64,000 bases of DNA from an uncultured bacterium (lineage in GTDB: Bacteria; Desulfobacterota_D; UBA1144; Nemesobacterales; UBA2774). Location of the stretch: NCBI GenBank assembly GCA_963825135.1, contig CAWGRW010000009.1:2464001-2528000 (forward strand). Direction: 5' to 3'. Each line of letters starts with the position of its first letter. Position 1 is the first letter of the stretch. The notes under the pieces are model-generated. The model made no database searches. It was not told the DNA's origin and saw only the letters and a list, made by a program, of their open reading frames with translations. This document shows, piece by piece, positions 53,475 through 64,000 of the stretch. A program made the translations under genes and the position numbers.

Positions 53475-55202
53475 TTATTTGTGACCTCCCTCTACGATCT
53501 TCTTGAGCTCCTCGGGCATCTGGGGAAGCGGGGACGTGCCTATTTTCATGGCCCCGTTATCTTTCGAGATTACCGAATTCACATTCCCCCACTTTTCATT
53601 ATCGTATTTAGGGAAATCCACCCTGCTGTGGGCGCCCCTGCTCTCTTCCCTCTGGAGAGCGGATTTCGCAATGGCCTCGGAAACGATGAGCATGGATTTC
53701 AGGTCTTTGCAGAGGTGCCAGCCGGGATTGAACATTCGCGAGCCTTCTATCCTCAGCTGAGAGGCCCTGTCTTTGAGCACCTGTATCTCTTCGAGTCCGT
53801 CCGCGATTTTCTCTTTCGTGCGGAAGACGCCTATGTAAGTACCCATCGCCTCCTGGAGCGCCTGGTGAACCGTATAAGGGTTCTCGCCTTCTGAGTTCTC
53901 GAACGGCAGGAGCATCTCCTTCGCGGCCTTTTCGAGGTCTACGTCGTCTATTTTGAGGGCGTTGTCCCTGAGCTCGTTCGCGTACTGAGCCGCTCCGAGG
54001 CCGGCCCTCCTCCCGAATACCAGGAGGTCTGAAAGGGAGTTGCCTCCGAGCCTGTTGGCCCCGTGCATGCCTCCCGCCACTTCTCCGGCGGCGAAAAGAC
54101 CGGGCACGGTGCTCCCCGTGGTGTCGGCATCGACGCGGACCCCGCCCATCATGTAGTGAGTGGTCGGGAATACCTCCATGGGTTCTTTGGTTATATCAAT
54201 CTCCGCGAATTCCATGAACTGGTGATACATGCTCGGGAGTTTCTTCTTAACGTATTCGGCTCCCCGGTGCGAGATATCGAGGTAAGCACCGCCGTGGGGC
54301 GTGCCGCGCCCTTCCTGGACCTCGATATAAATGGACCTCGCGACTACGTCTCTCGTCGATAGCTCCATCCTCTCGGGATCGTATTTTTCCATGAACCTTT
54401 CGCCGTTCCTGTTGGTGAGTAAGCCGCCCTCGCCCCTTACGGCCTCCGTGACGAGCAGGCCCTTTACGCTCGGGGGCCATACCATCCCGGTCGGGTGGAA
54501 CTGTACGAATTCCATGTCGATGAGCTCGGCGCCGGCATCATAGGCGAGCGAGTGTCCGTCGCCCGTGTATTCCCAGGAGTTGGAAGTGACCTTATAAGAC
54601 TTCCCTATCCCGCCCGTGGCGAGGACCACGGCCTTGGTCTTGAACAGGACGAACCTGCCGCTCTCCCTCCAGTAGCCGAAGGCCCCGGATATCCTCTCGC
54701 CGTCCTTTATCAAGTGAGTAATAGTGCATTCCATGTACACGTCCATTCCGGAGTGTATGCCCCTGTCCTGGAGCGTGCGTATCATCTCGAGCCCGGTCCT
54801 GTCTCCCACGTGGGCGAGACGCTTCCACGTGTGGCCGCCGAAGGCCCTCTGCATTATCTTACCGTCTTTCGTCCTGTCGAAGAGAGCGCCCCAGTGCTCG
54901 AGCTCTCTCACGCGGTCGGGAGCCTCCTCTGCGTGGAGCTGCGCCATGCGCCAGTTATTCAGCATCTTCCCGCCGTGCATCGTGTCGTGGAAGTGGACCT
55001 TCCAGTCGTCCTTCGTGTCCACGTTCGCGAGCGCCGCCGCGACACCGCCCTCGGCCATTACCGTGTGGGCTTTGCCGAGGAGAGACTTGCAGACGAGCCC
55101 TACCGAGGCCCCCTGCGCGGATGCCTCTATGGCGGCCCTGAGACCGGCGCCTCCGGCGCCGATTACTATGACGTCGTGCGTATGTGTTTCGTACTTCTCC
55201 AT
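53475..55202 (-). CDS. sdhA: Succinate dehydrogenase flavoprotein subunit
   Basis: GAGGAG, AHTVMAEGG (covalent-FAD His), QFHPT, HYMMGG, HGANRLGGNSL, ESRGAH. Confidence 0.94.
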   Translation of the reverse strand: MEKYETHTHDVIVIGAGGAGLRAAIEASAQGASVGLVCKSLLGKAHTVMAEGGVAAALANVDTKDDWKVHFHDTMHGGKMLNNWRMAQLHAEEAPDRVRELEHWGALFDRTKDGKIMQRAFGGHTWKRLAHVGDRTGLEMIRTLQDRGIHSGMDVYMECTITHLIKDGERISGAFGYWRESGRFVLFKTKAVVLATGGIGKSYKVTSNSWEYTGDGHSLAYDAGAELIDMEFVQFHPTGMVWPPSVKGLLVTEAVRGEGGLLTNRNGERFMEKYDPERMELSTRDVVARSIYIEVQEGRGTPHGGAYLDISHRGAEYVKKKLPSMYHQFMEFAEIDITKEPMEVFPTTHYMMGGVRVDADTTGSTVPGLFAAGEVAGGMHGANRLGGNSLSDLLVFGRRAGLGAAQYANELRDNALKIDDVDLEKAAKEMLLPFENSEGENPYTVHQALQEAMGTYIGVFRTKEKIADGLEEIQVLKDRASQLRIEGSRMFNPGWHLCKDLKSMLIVSEAIAKSALQREESRGAHSRVDFPKYDNEKWGNVNSVISKDNGAMKIGTSPLPQMPEELKKIVEGGHK

Positions 55203-55934
55203 TTAGATTAACCTCACGTCTGTGATAACGCCCCTCGCGAGTAGGAATATGTAGAGGTCCGCGAGCGCGACGCCGAAGAGGCTCACCCAGGCCCACAGCA
55301 TGTGGTGCTCGTTGAGCGCGCTCGCCTTACCCCATAGCATGAACCGTGTAGGGCATTTCGAGAATACATCGAGATTGCCGCCTATAAGGTGGCGGAAAGA
55401 ATGGCATGACAGTGAATAGAACGTAAGCAAGGCGGCGTTCGCGAAAAGAACGAGCGTGCCCACGCCTACTCCGAACCCGTCTTCGAATTTAAGGGCCTTG
55501 AACGCGTCCACCCAGAGGAAGAAAAGAATCACCGCGGCGGCGTAGAAGAAATAGCGGTGTATGTTCTGGAGTATGAACGGGAGCTTCGACTCCCCCGTGT
55601 ATGAGCCTTCCTTCGCGAGAGGGCGCACAGCGCACGCAGGCGGGGAGAGGAAGAACGACCTGTAATAGGCCTTCCTGTAGTAGTAGCACGTCGCCCTGAA
55701 CCCGAGGGGGGCCCAGAGAATCAGTAACGCCGGGGAAAACGGCCACCAGGAGGCGAGTATGTAAGGCGAGTAAAAGGGAGAGATGTAAGGCGCGACGAAA
55801 TAATCGGCGTTTGAGAACGCGCGCCATGTGGAATAGATACCGAACGACCCGAGCACTACCGCCGTTACCAGCGGAGCAACCCACCACGTGTCCCGCCTCA
55901 ATGTCATCGCGCTCTGCGCGGATCCGTTTGCCAT
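55203..55934 (-). CDS. Sdh membrane anchor of the mycobacterial Sdh1 (Rv0249c-like) type
   Basis: YISPFYSP, FRATCYYYRKAYYRSF..SPPACAV, QNIHRYF, SCHSFRH, HMLWAW. Confidence 0.85.
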   Translation of the reverse strand: MANGSAQSAMTLRRDTWWVAPLVTAVVLGSFGIYSTWRAFSNADYFVAPYISPFYSPYILASWWPFSPALLILWAPLGFRATCYYYRKAYYRSFFLSPPACAVRPLAKEGSYTGESKLPFILQNIHRYFFYAAAVILFFLWVDAFKALKFEDGFGVGVGTLVLFANAALLTFYSLSCHSFRHLIGGNLDVFSKCPTRFMLWGKASALNEHHMLWAWVSLFGVALADLYIFLLARGVITDVRLI

Positions 55935-56081
55935 CTCGGCACCTCCGTAAGTAATCTCAGTAGATGTATTTTGGTGTCACGGGCTTATTTTTTTAACGAC
56001 TCGGGAAATCGGCCTGTAATATTATATAAACGCTAAGTTCTAGTCAAGCTGCCCGATACGCCGAGAGGGCCGTGATTCCTC

Positions 56082-57060
<979 letters not shown>

Positions 57061-57117
57061 TTATCGTTATTTATTTCCTGTTGTTATCTGCCGGATATTT
57101 ACGATCGTTGCATGGAT

Positions 57118-58371
57118 CTAAACCAGCACCCTGTCCATGTTGGCTGCAATCGCCTCGCCGAACTCCGAGCACTTGAGGAGCTTCGCATTCTCCAGCTGAC
57201 GCTCGAGGTCGTACGTGACCGTCTTGTCGAGTATCGTAAGCTCCATCGCCTTTACTATGAGGTCGGCGGCTTCGTTCCAGCCCAGGTATTCGAACATCAT
57301 GACGCCCGACAGTATCAACGAGCCCGGGTTCACCCTGTCCTGCCCCGCGTACTTGGGGGCCGTCCCGTGGGTGGCTTCGAAGAGCGCGAGGTAATCGCCG
57401 ATGTTTCCCCCAGGGGCCATTCCGAGCCCGCCCACCTGCGCCGCGCACGCGTCGGACAGGTAATCGCCGTTTAAGTTCGCTGTAGCTATGACGTTGTATT
57501 CCCTCGTCCTCGTGAGTATCTGCTGCAGCATGTTGTCGGCTATCCTGTCGTTTATTACAACCATCCCCTCGGGTCTCTTTCCGCCGTGTTTATCCCAGAG
57601 GTCCTCTTCCGTTATCACCTGGTTAGGGAATTCTTCCCTCGCGAGCTCGTAGCCCCAGTCCCTGAAAGCGCCCTCGGTGAACTTCATGATGTTCCCCTTG
57701 TGCACGATTGTGACGCTCTCCTCCCCCTTTTCGATCGCGTGTTTTAGCGCCTTGCGGACGAGCCTCTTCGTTCCGAACGGGCTAATGGGCTTTATGCCGA
57801 TGCCGGAGCCTTCCCTGATGTTAACGCCGTATTTATCGACGAGGTAGTTTCTTATATCTATCGCTTCCTTCGAGCCGCTCTGCCATTCTATGCCCGAATA
57901 AACGTCCTCCGTGTTCTCCCTGAATATGATCATGTCCATATCCTCGGGCCTCTTTATCGGGGACGGAGTGCCTTTTATATACCGCACGGGGCGGACGCAC
58001 GCGTAGAGGTCCAGCATCTGCCTGAGTGCGACGTTAAGGCTCCTGATCCCTCCGCCTATGGGAGTGGTGAGGGGCCCTTTAATCGATACTACATATTCCC
58101 TCAAGTCCTCGAGTGTCTCTTCGGGCAGCCATTCGCCTTTTTGCTCGAACGCCTTCTCTCCCGTCAGCACCTCGCGCCACGCTATCTTTCTTTTGCCTTT
58201 GTAGGCCTTTTCCACGGCGGCGTCGAACACGATCTTGGACGCTCTCCAGATGTCGGGACCCGTGCCGTCCCCTTCGATGAATGGTATTATCGGATGGTCC
58301 GGGACTATGATGGCTTCGTTCTTTTTGTCGATTCGAATTTTTTGTCCCACACTCGGTTTTGAGGATGACAT
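57118..58371 (-). CDS. icd: Isocitrate dehydrogenase (dimeric, E. coli-like)
   Basis: [53 protein letters not shown]. Confidence 0.96.
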   Translation of the reverse strand: MSSSKPSVGQKIRIDKKNEAIIVPDHPIIPFIEGDGTGPDIWRASKIVFDAAVEKAYKGKRKIAWREVLTGEKAFEQKGEWLPEETLEDLREYVVSIKGPLTTPIGGGIRSLNVALRQMLDLYACVRPVRYIKGTPSPIKRPEDMDMIIFRENTEDVYSGIEWQSGSKEAIDIRNYLVDKYGVNIREGSGIGIKPISPFGTKRLVRKALKHAIEKGEESVTIVHKGNIMKFTEGAFRDWGYELAREEFPNQVITEEDLWDKHGGKRPEGMVVINDRIADNMLQQILTRTREYNVIATANLNGDYLSDACAAQVGGLGMAPGGNIGDYLALFEATHGTAPKYAGQDRVNPGSLILSGVMMFEYLGWNEAADLIVKAMELTILDKTVTYDLERQLENAKLLKCSEFGEAIAANMDRVLV

Positions 58372-58543
58372 CGTTAAAACTCCTGTTGAAAAATTTGGAC
58401 TGAAATATAAATAATAAACGCCTGAAATTCAAATAATTTAAGAGCGAATCCTATTCAGGGCATAGTCTGCCCGTACCCGGCCGCCCTGCGTAAAGACAAT
58501 TGACATGGATGGTATAAATACCGCCTTGACTGAGAGGGGTGAA

Positions 58544-61241
58544 TTATTGCTTCATCATCTGTCTCAGCACCGTTTGCAGTATCCCTCCGTTTCTATAATA
58601 TTCGACCTCGATCGGACTGTCCAGACGGCATATTGCGTTAAACGTAAAGTTATCCCCTGTCTTTCCTGGTAACGCTGACCGGTATGTCCTTGCCCGGTCT
58701 CAAATCCTCCGTGACGCCATTTATGTCGTAAGTCTCGTAACCGGTGAGCCCGTACGTGCGGGCGGTTTCCCCGTCCTTGAATTGCAGCGGGAGGACGCCC
58801 ATCCCCACGAGGTTGCTCCTGTGTATCCTTTCGAAGCTTTCCGCGATTACCGCCCTGACGCCCAGGAGTACGGTGCCCTTGGCGGCCCAGTCGCGCGAGC
58901 TGCCCGTGCCGTATTCCTTGCCGCCGATTATGATGAGCTGTGTCCCTTCCGCCTGATATTTCATCGACGCGTCGAATATGCTCATCTGTTCGCCGCTCGG
59001 TATGTGTTTCGTGACGCCGCCCTCTATCCCCGGCAGCATGAGGTTTTTTATTCTTATATTGGCGAAAGTCCCCCGTATCATGACCTCGTGGTTTCCCCTT
59101 CGGGACCCGAAGCTGTTGAAGTCCCCGGGCTTGACGCCGCGGGCGATGAGGTATTTCCCTGCTGGGCCGTCTTTCGGTATGGAGCCCGCGGGGGAAATGT
59201 GGTCGGTCGTTATGGAGTCCCCGAGGAGCGCGAGCGCTCGTGCTCCGCTGACGTCTTTCGTCCCGGGCACGTCGAGAGAGAACTCCTCGAAGAACGACGG
59301 GTTCTGGATGTACGTGGAGCCCTTGTCCCACTTGTAGAGGTTCCCCTCCGGAACCGTGAGGTTCTTCCAGGTCTCGTCCCCTTCGAAGACGTGTTTATAC
59401 TGCGCCCTGAACATCTCCGGATTCAGCACCCTGTTCACCGTATCGCTTATTTCTTTCTGAGTCGGCCAGATGTCCTTCAAATATACGGGCTTTCCGTCGG
59501 ACCCCGTGCCGAGCGGTTCTTTGTATACGTCTATGTCCACCGTGCCCGCGAGCGCGAAGGCCACAACGAGCGGGGGAGAGGCGAGGTAGGAAAATTTAAC
59601 GAAGGGATGGATGCGTCCCTCGAAGTTCCTGTTCCCGCTCAGCACGGCAGCGCAGGTGAGGTCGTTCGCCTTTATGGCCTCCTCGACCGGGGCCGGCAGC
59701 GGGCCGCTGTTCCCTATGCAGGTCGTGCAGCCGTATCCGACGAGATCGAAGCCGAGCTTGTCCAGATATTCCGTCAGTCCCGCGGCATCGAGGTAGTCGG
59801 TCACGACCCTCGAGCCCGGGGCGAGGCTCGTCTTGACGGAGGACTTTACGGTCAGTCCCTTTTCTACAGCTTTCTTGGCGACAAGCCCCGAGGCCACCAT
59901 GACGGACGGGTTCGAGGTGTTCGTGCAGCTCGTTATCGCCGCAATCGCAACGGAGCCGTTGCCGATAACTTCCTTTTTGCCGTCGAGTTCAATCTCTACT
60001 TTTTTATTGAGGTCTTTCCCCTCGCCCCCGGCCTTGGTCTTGAGGACGGTCTCATATGATTTCTTGAGTGATTTAAGGGAGACCCGGTCCTGAGGGCGGC
60101 TCGGTCCGGCAAGCGACGGCTCTACCTTCGAGATGTCGAGCCCTAGCGTGTCCGTATATAACGGGTCCGGGGTGTCGTCCGTCCTGAATAGTCCCTGCTC
60201 TTTCGCGTACGTCTCCACGAGCTCGACGAGCTTCCTGTCCCTTCCGGTTATCCTGAGATAAATGAGTGTTTCCTCGTCTACCGGGAAAAAACCCATCGTC
60301 GCGCCGTATTCGGGCGCCATGTTCGCGATAGTGGCCTTGTCCGAGAGCGCGAGCTGGCTCAGGCCCGGCCCGTAGAACTCGACGAACTTTCCGACGACGC
60401 CCTTTTTCCTGAGCATCTCGGTCACCGTGAGCACAAGGTCGGTCGCCGTAACGCCCTCCGAGAGCTGTCCGTAGAGCTTAAAGCCTATAACGTCCGGCAT
60501 GAGCATGTAGAGGGGCTGCCCCAGCATGCACGCCTCGGCCTCTATGCCCCCGACGCCCCATCCGAGAACGCTGAGACCGTTAATCATGGTCGTGTGCGAG
60601 TCCGTGCCCACGAGTGTGTCGGGATAGGCTATGGTCTTGCCGTTTATCACGGCCGAGGAGACGACGCTTGCAAGGCACTCGAGGTTCACCTGATGCACTA
60701 TGCCGGTACCCGGGGGGACGACCCTGAAATTATCGAAGGCCTTCTGCGCCCATCTCAGGAATGCATACCTTTCGCCGTTTCTCTCGTATTCGCGCTCGAC
60801 GTTAAGAGTGAACGCCTTATCGTTTGCGAAATAATCGACCTGCACGGAGTGGTCGATGACGAGGTCGACGGGGACTATAGGATTGATCTTCTCGGGGTTC
60901 CCCCCGAGCCTGTTTACGACTGTCCTCATGGCCGCCAGGTCGACGACGCAGGGCACTCCGGTGAAGTCCTGGAGTATTACGCGGGCGGGACAGTAGGGTA
61001 TTTCTTCGGCGTTCTCGTTCTCGGGACTCCATCCGGCGAGAGCGCTCACGTGATTGTCGTTTATTACGGACCCGTCATAATTCCTTATTACGTTCTCGAG
61101 CAGTATTTTTATCGAAACCGGGAGGCGGGAAATATTCTTCCCGAGGGATTTTTCTATGGACTTCAATGAATAATAATTTACCTCTCCCGAACTCGTTTTA
61201 AGCGTAGCAAGGGCATTCAGTTTATTGTTGATTTCACTCAT
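58544..61241 (-). CDS. acnA: Aconitate hydratase A, frameshift near 58657
   Basis: [43 protein letters not shown]. The C-terminus [24 protein letters not shown] is recovered in another frame. Confidence 0.95.
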
Positions 61242-61468
61242 TCTATTCTCCTTAGCTTGCTGGTTAAGCGGAAGGTTTACCATAACATTCTACAGTTGAA
61301 TCGGGACAAATCAAGCGTACCGGGACGTCGAATCGGGGTGAATTTATATGACTCGAATGAATCCCAGGGGGGCGGTTATATATCGCAATTCCGTGGGGCC
61401 CTCGCCCGGTCAGACGGTGCGCGGGAATTATAACGATCCGGGGCCGGGAGCCGCCGCCTCTGCCCGAG

Positions 61469-62701
61469 TCAATCGACCTTTCTGAATATCAGGGAGGCGT
61501 TCGTGCCGCCGAAGCCGAACGAATTGCTGAGGGCGGTCTTGATGACGGCCTTCCTTGCCGTGTTCGGTACGTAGTCGAGGTCGCATTCCGGGTCCGGAAA
61601 CTCGTAGTTAATAGTCGGCGGGAGGGTGCCGTGTTCGAGCGCGAGCACGGTGAACGCCGCCTCGACCGCTCCCGCGGCGCCGAGGAGGTGACCGGTCATG
61701 GACTTCGTGGAGCTCACCGGAATCTTGTAGGCCCTGTCTCCGAAGACTTTTTTGATCGCGTTCGTTTCGTTAGAGTCGTTCAGCTGGGTCGATGTCCCGT
61801 GGGCGTTGATGTACTCAATTTCTTCAGGGTTTATTCCCCCGTCCTTCATGGCCGCGAGCATGCACCGCTCGGGCCCGTCGAGAGACGGCGCCGTTATGTG
61901 GCTCGCGTCGCTGCTCATACCGTACCCTACTATCTCCGCGTATATCCTGGCCCCCCTCTTCTTCGCGAGCTCCATCTCTTCGAGTATGAGCATCCCCGAG
62001 CCTTCGCCGATGATGAAACCGTCCCTTTCCTTGTCGAACGGCCGTGAGGCGCGCTCGGGCTCGTCGTTCCGCGTGGAGAGCGCCCGCATGGCGTTAAACC
62101 CGCCGAACGTGAGCGGGATGATGGGGGCCTCCGTACCGCCCGCGAACATAACGTCGGCCTCGCCGTTCCTTATCGCCATTGCGGCGTAGCCGATAGCATG
62201 GGCGCTCGCGGCGCACGCCGTGGTCGTGCAGCAGTTGGGGCCCTTGGCGTTAAAGAATATCGATACGTATCCGGCGGCCATGTTGTTGATAATATTTGTA
62301 ATGAAGAACGGGGATAGACGTCCGGGGCCTTTTTCATCCAGTATGTGCACCGTATTGACGTATGTCTCCATACCGCCGATGCCGGAGCCGATGATGGTCC
62401 CCGTGAGCGGGGAGAGCTCTTCCGTTATCTCGAGCCCCGAATCCTCGAGCGCGAGCTTCGCGGAGGCGACGGCGTATTGTATAAACGCGTCCGTCTTCCT
62501 CGCCTCCTTCGGGTTCATGAAAAGCTCCGGGTCGAAGCCGTGGATCTCGGCGGCTATCTGTGTCTTGTGTTCGGTCGGATCGAACTTCGTGACCCTCCGC
62601 ACGCCCGAACGCCCGGCGCAAACCGCGTCCCAGGTCTCCTTGTTCCCGATACCGAGAGGCGTAACGAGCCCTACTCCGGTAACCGCTACCCTTCTTTTCA
62701 T
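61469..62701 (-). CDS. fabF: 3-oxoacyl-ACP synthase II
   Basis: TACAAS, NAHGTST, KSMTGHLLGAAG, SNSFGFGG. Confidence 0.96.
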   Translation of the reverse strand: MKRRVAVTGVGLVTPLGIGNKETWDAVCAGRSGVRRVTKFDPTEHKTQIAAEIHGFDPELFMNPKEARKTDAFIQYAVASAKLALEDSGLEITEELSPLTGTIIGSGIGGMETYVNTVHILDEKGPGRLSPFFITNIINNMAAGYVSIFFNAKGPNCCTTTACAASAHAIGYAAMAIRNGEADVMFAGGTEAPIIPLTFGGFNAMRALSTRNDEPERASRPFDKERDGFIIGEGSGMLILEEMELAKKRGARIYAEIVGYGMSSDASHITAPSLDGPERCMLAAMKDGGINPEEIEYINAHGTSTQLNDSNETNAIKKVFGDRAYKIPVSSTKSMTGHLLGAAGAVEAAFTVLALEHGTLPPTINYEFPDPECDLDYVPNTARKAVIKTALSNSFGFGGTNASLIFRKVD

Positions 62702-62946
62702 TACTTTTTGCGCTCCAATATGAAGTTGACCGCGTCCTGAACCGTTATGATGGACTCCGCGTCCTCGTCGGATATCTCAAGACCGAACTCATCCTCCATC
62801 GACATGATTAGCTCTACCAGATCGAGGGAATCGGCTCCGAGGTCTTCGATGAACGAAGATTCCGGAGAAATCTCTTCCTCAGTTTTACCCAACTGACTCG
62901 CCACCATCTCTTTGACTTTTACGAGTATTTCCTTGTCCTGAGCCAT
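62701..62946 (-). CDS. acpP: Acyl carrier protein
   Basis: [20 protein letters not shown]. Confidence 0.96.
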   Translation of the reverse strand: MAQDKEILVKVKEMVASQLGKTEEEISPESSFIEDLGADSLDLVELIMSMEDEFGLEISDEDAESIITVQDAVNFILERKK

Positions 62947-62968
62947 ATCAAACACCTCCTGTTTTATA

Positions 62969-63715
62969 TTAAGTGTATATTCCGCCGTTAACCCGTATCA
63001 CCTCGCCCGTGATGTACGAGGCATCTTCCGAAGTCAGGAATGCGACCACGCCGGCGATGTCCTCGGGCGAGCCGTACCTGCCCATGGGTATCCTTTCTAT
63101 GTACTGTTTCTTTATATCTTCCGGGAGACTGTTGTTGATATCCGTCTCTATAAAGCCGGGGCTAATCGCGTTTACGGTTATGGACCGGGGCGCCATTTCC
63201 CTGGCCGCTGCCTTCGTGAAGCCGATGATGCCCGCTTTGGACGCGGCGTAGTTCGTCTGACCGGCATTCCCCATCTCCCCCACGACCGACGTCAGATTTA
63301 TGATCCTTCCCCACCTCTGCTTCATCATCGTGCGCGTTACGGCTTTCGTACAGTTAAAGACCCCGTTGAGGTTGGTGGAAATCACCCTGTCCCAATCCTC
63401 TTTGTTCATCCTTACCAAAAGCGTGTCATGAACTATCCCGGCGTTATTTATGAGGATGTGTATCCCCCCGTGCTCAACTATGATCTCCTCGATCATCTTC
63501 TGCGTCGTTTCGTAATCGGAGACGTCGAATTTAGAGACTGCGCCCTTCCCTCCCGCTTTTTCTATCTCCGTGATGACGTCCCGGGCCGCCGATTCGTTCC
63601 TGGCATAATTGACCACTACGAATGCGCCCCCGGCCGCGAGCCTGAGCGCAACAGCCTTTCCGATCCCTCTCGATCCCCCGGTTACGAGCGCTATCTTTTT
63701 TTCAGTTTCAGCCAT
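62969..63715 (-). CDS. fabG: 3-oxoacyl-ACP reductase
   Basis: [22 protein letters not shown]. Confidence 0.96.
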   Translation of the reverse strand: MAETEKKIALVTGGSRGIGKAVALRLAAGGAFVVVNYARNESAARDVITEIEKAGGKGAVSKFDVSDYETTQKMIEEIIVEHGGIHILINNAGIVHDTLLVRMNKEDWDRVISTNLNGVFNCTKAVTRTMMKQRWGRIINLTSVVGEMGNAGQTNYAASKAGIIGFTKAAAREMAPRSITVNAISPGFIETDINNSLPEDIKKQYIERIPMGRYGSPEDIAGVVAFLTSEDASYITGEVIRVNGGIYT

Positions 63716-64000
63716 TTTTGAGTGACTCCAGTTGTGACCTGTTTTCGAGATTGCATACCGCCGCGTCGGGAAGCGTCCTTTTTATCAGGCCCGCGAGCAC
63801 GTTCTTTGGGCCTATTTCAACGAACTTGCCGACCCCCTCTCTCCCGAGGGTCTCCACGGATTCGTACCACCTCACGGGGCTAGTGACCTGCCTGACCAGG
63901 AGGTCCCTGGTCCTGGCAGAATCGCTGTTTACGGCGGCGTCGCAGTTAGTCACTATCGGCGCGTTCATTTCCGTAAATTCGATTGTATCCAAGACCTCCG
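63708..64000 (-). CDS. fabD: Malonyl-CoA-ACP transacylase (C-terminal part)
   Basis: QVTSPVRW, FVEIGPKNVLAGL; lies upstream of fabG. Confidence 0.9.
   Translation of the reverse strand, partial: EVLDTIEFTEMNAPIVTNCDAAVNSDSARTRDLLVRQVTSPVRWYESVETLGREGVGKFVEIGPKNVLAGLIKRTLPDAAVCNLENRSQLESLKNG

Overview
Core chromosomal region of a diderm bacterium. Gene content and style suggest a Desulfobacterota/Dadabacteria-like organism, but that is inference only. Central metabolism: a pyruvate dehydrogenase cluster (aceF partial, aceE, lpdA, lipB), a TCA block (acnA, icd, mdh, a mycobacterial-Sdh1-type sdhCAB, sucC) and fabD/G/acpP/F. Other housekeeping genes: a heat-shock region (grpE-dnaK-dnaJ and rpoH-dnaK, with EF-G2 and rpmE), an MCE/Mla-type ABC operon, cdsA, glnS, hemB, metH, thrC with a sulfur carrier, and dinB. 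There is also a GAF-kinase/LuxR/MEDS signalling island. The most unusual stretch is 4.0-9.9 kb. A 919-aa uncharacterised, pore-former-like gene under a c-di-GMP-I riboswitch splits the PDH cluster. The surrounding intergenic DNA is packed with REP-like palindromes. At least three palindromes are interrupted by a ~90-nt structured mini-element (wAC-hairpin-GGTCG-~60 nt-AAA), and a fourth copy is nested inside another copy. Other oddities: several apparently leaderless genes, a PurN-like protein lacking its catalytic His/Asp, degenerate receiver/DHp domains, and a sulfur carrier ending GG-C. Many single-base indels in otherwise intact genes are most likely long-read errors. No CRISPR array, tRNA, rRNA or transposase gene was seen.
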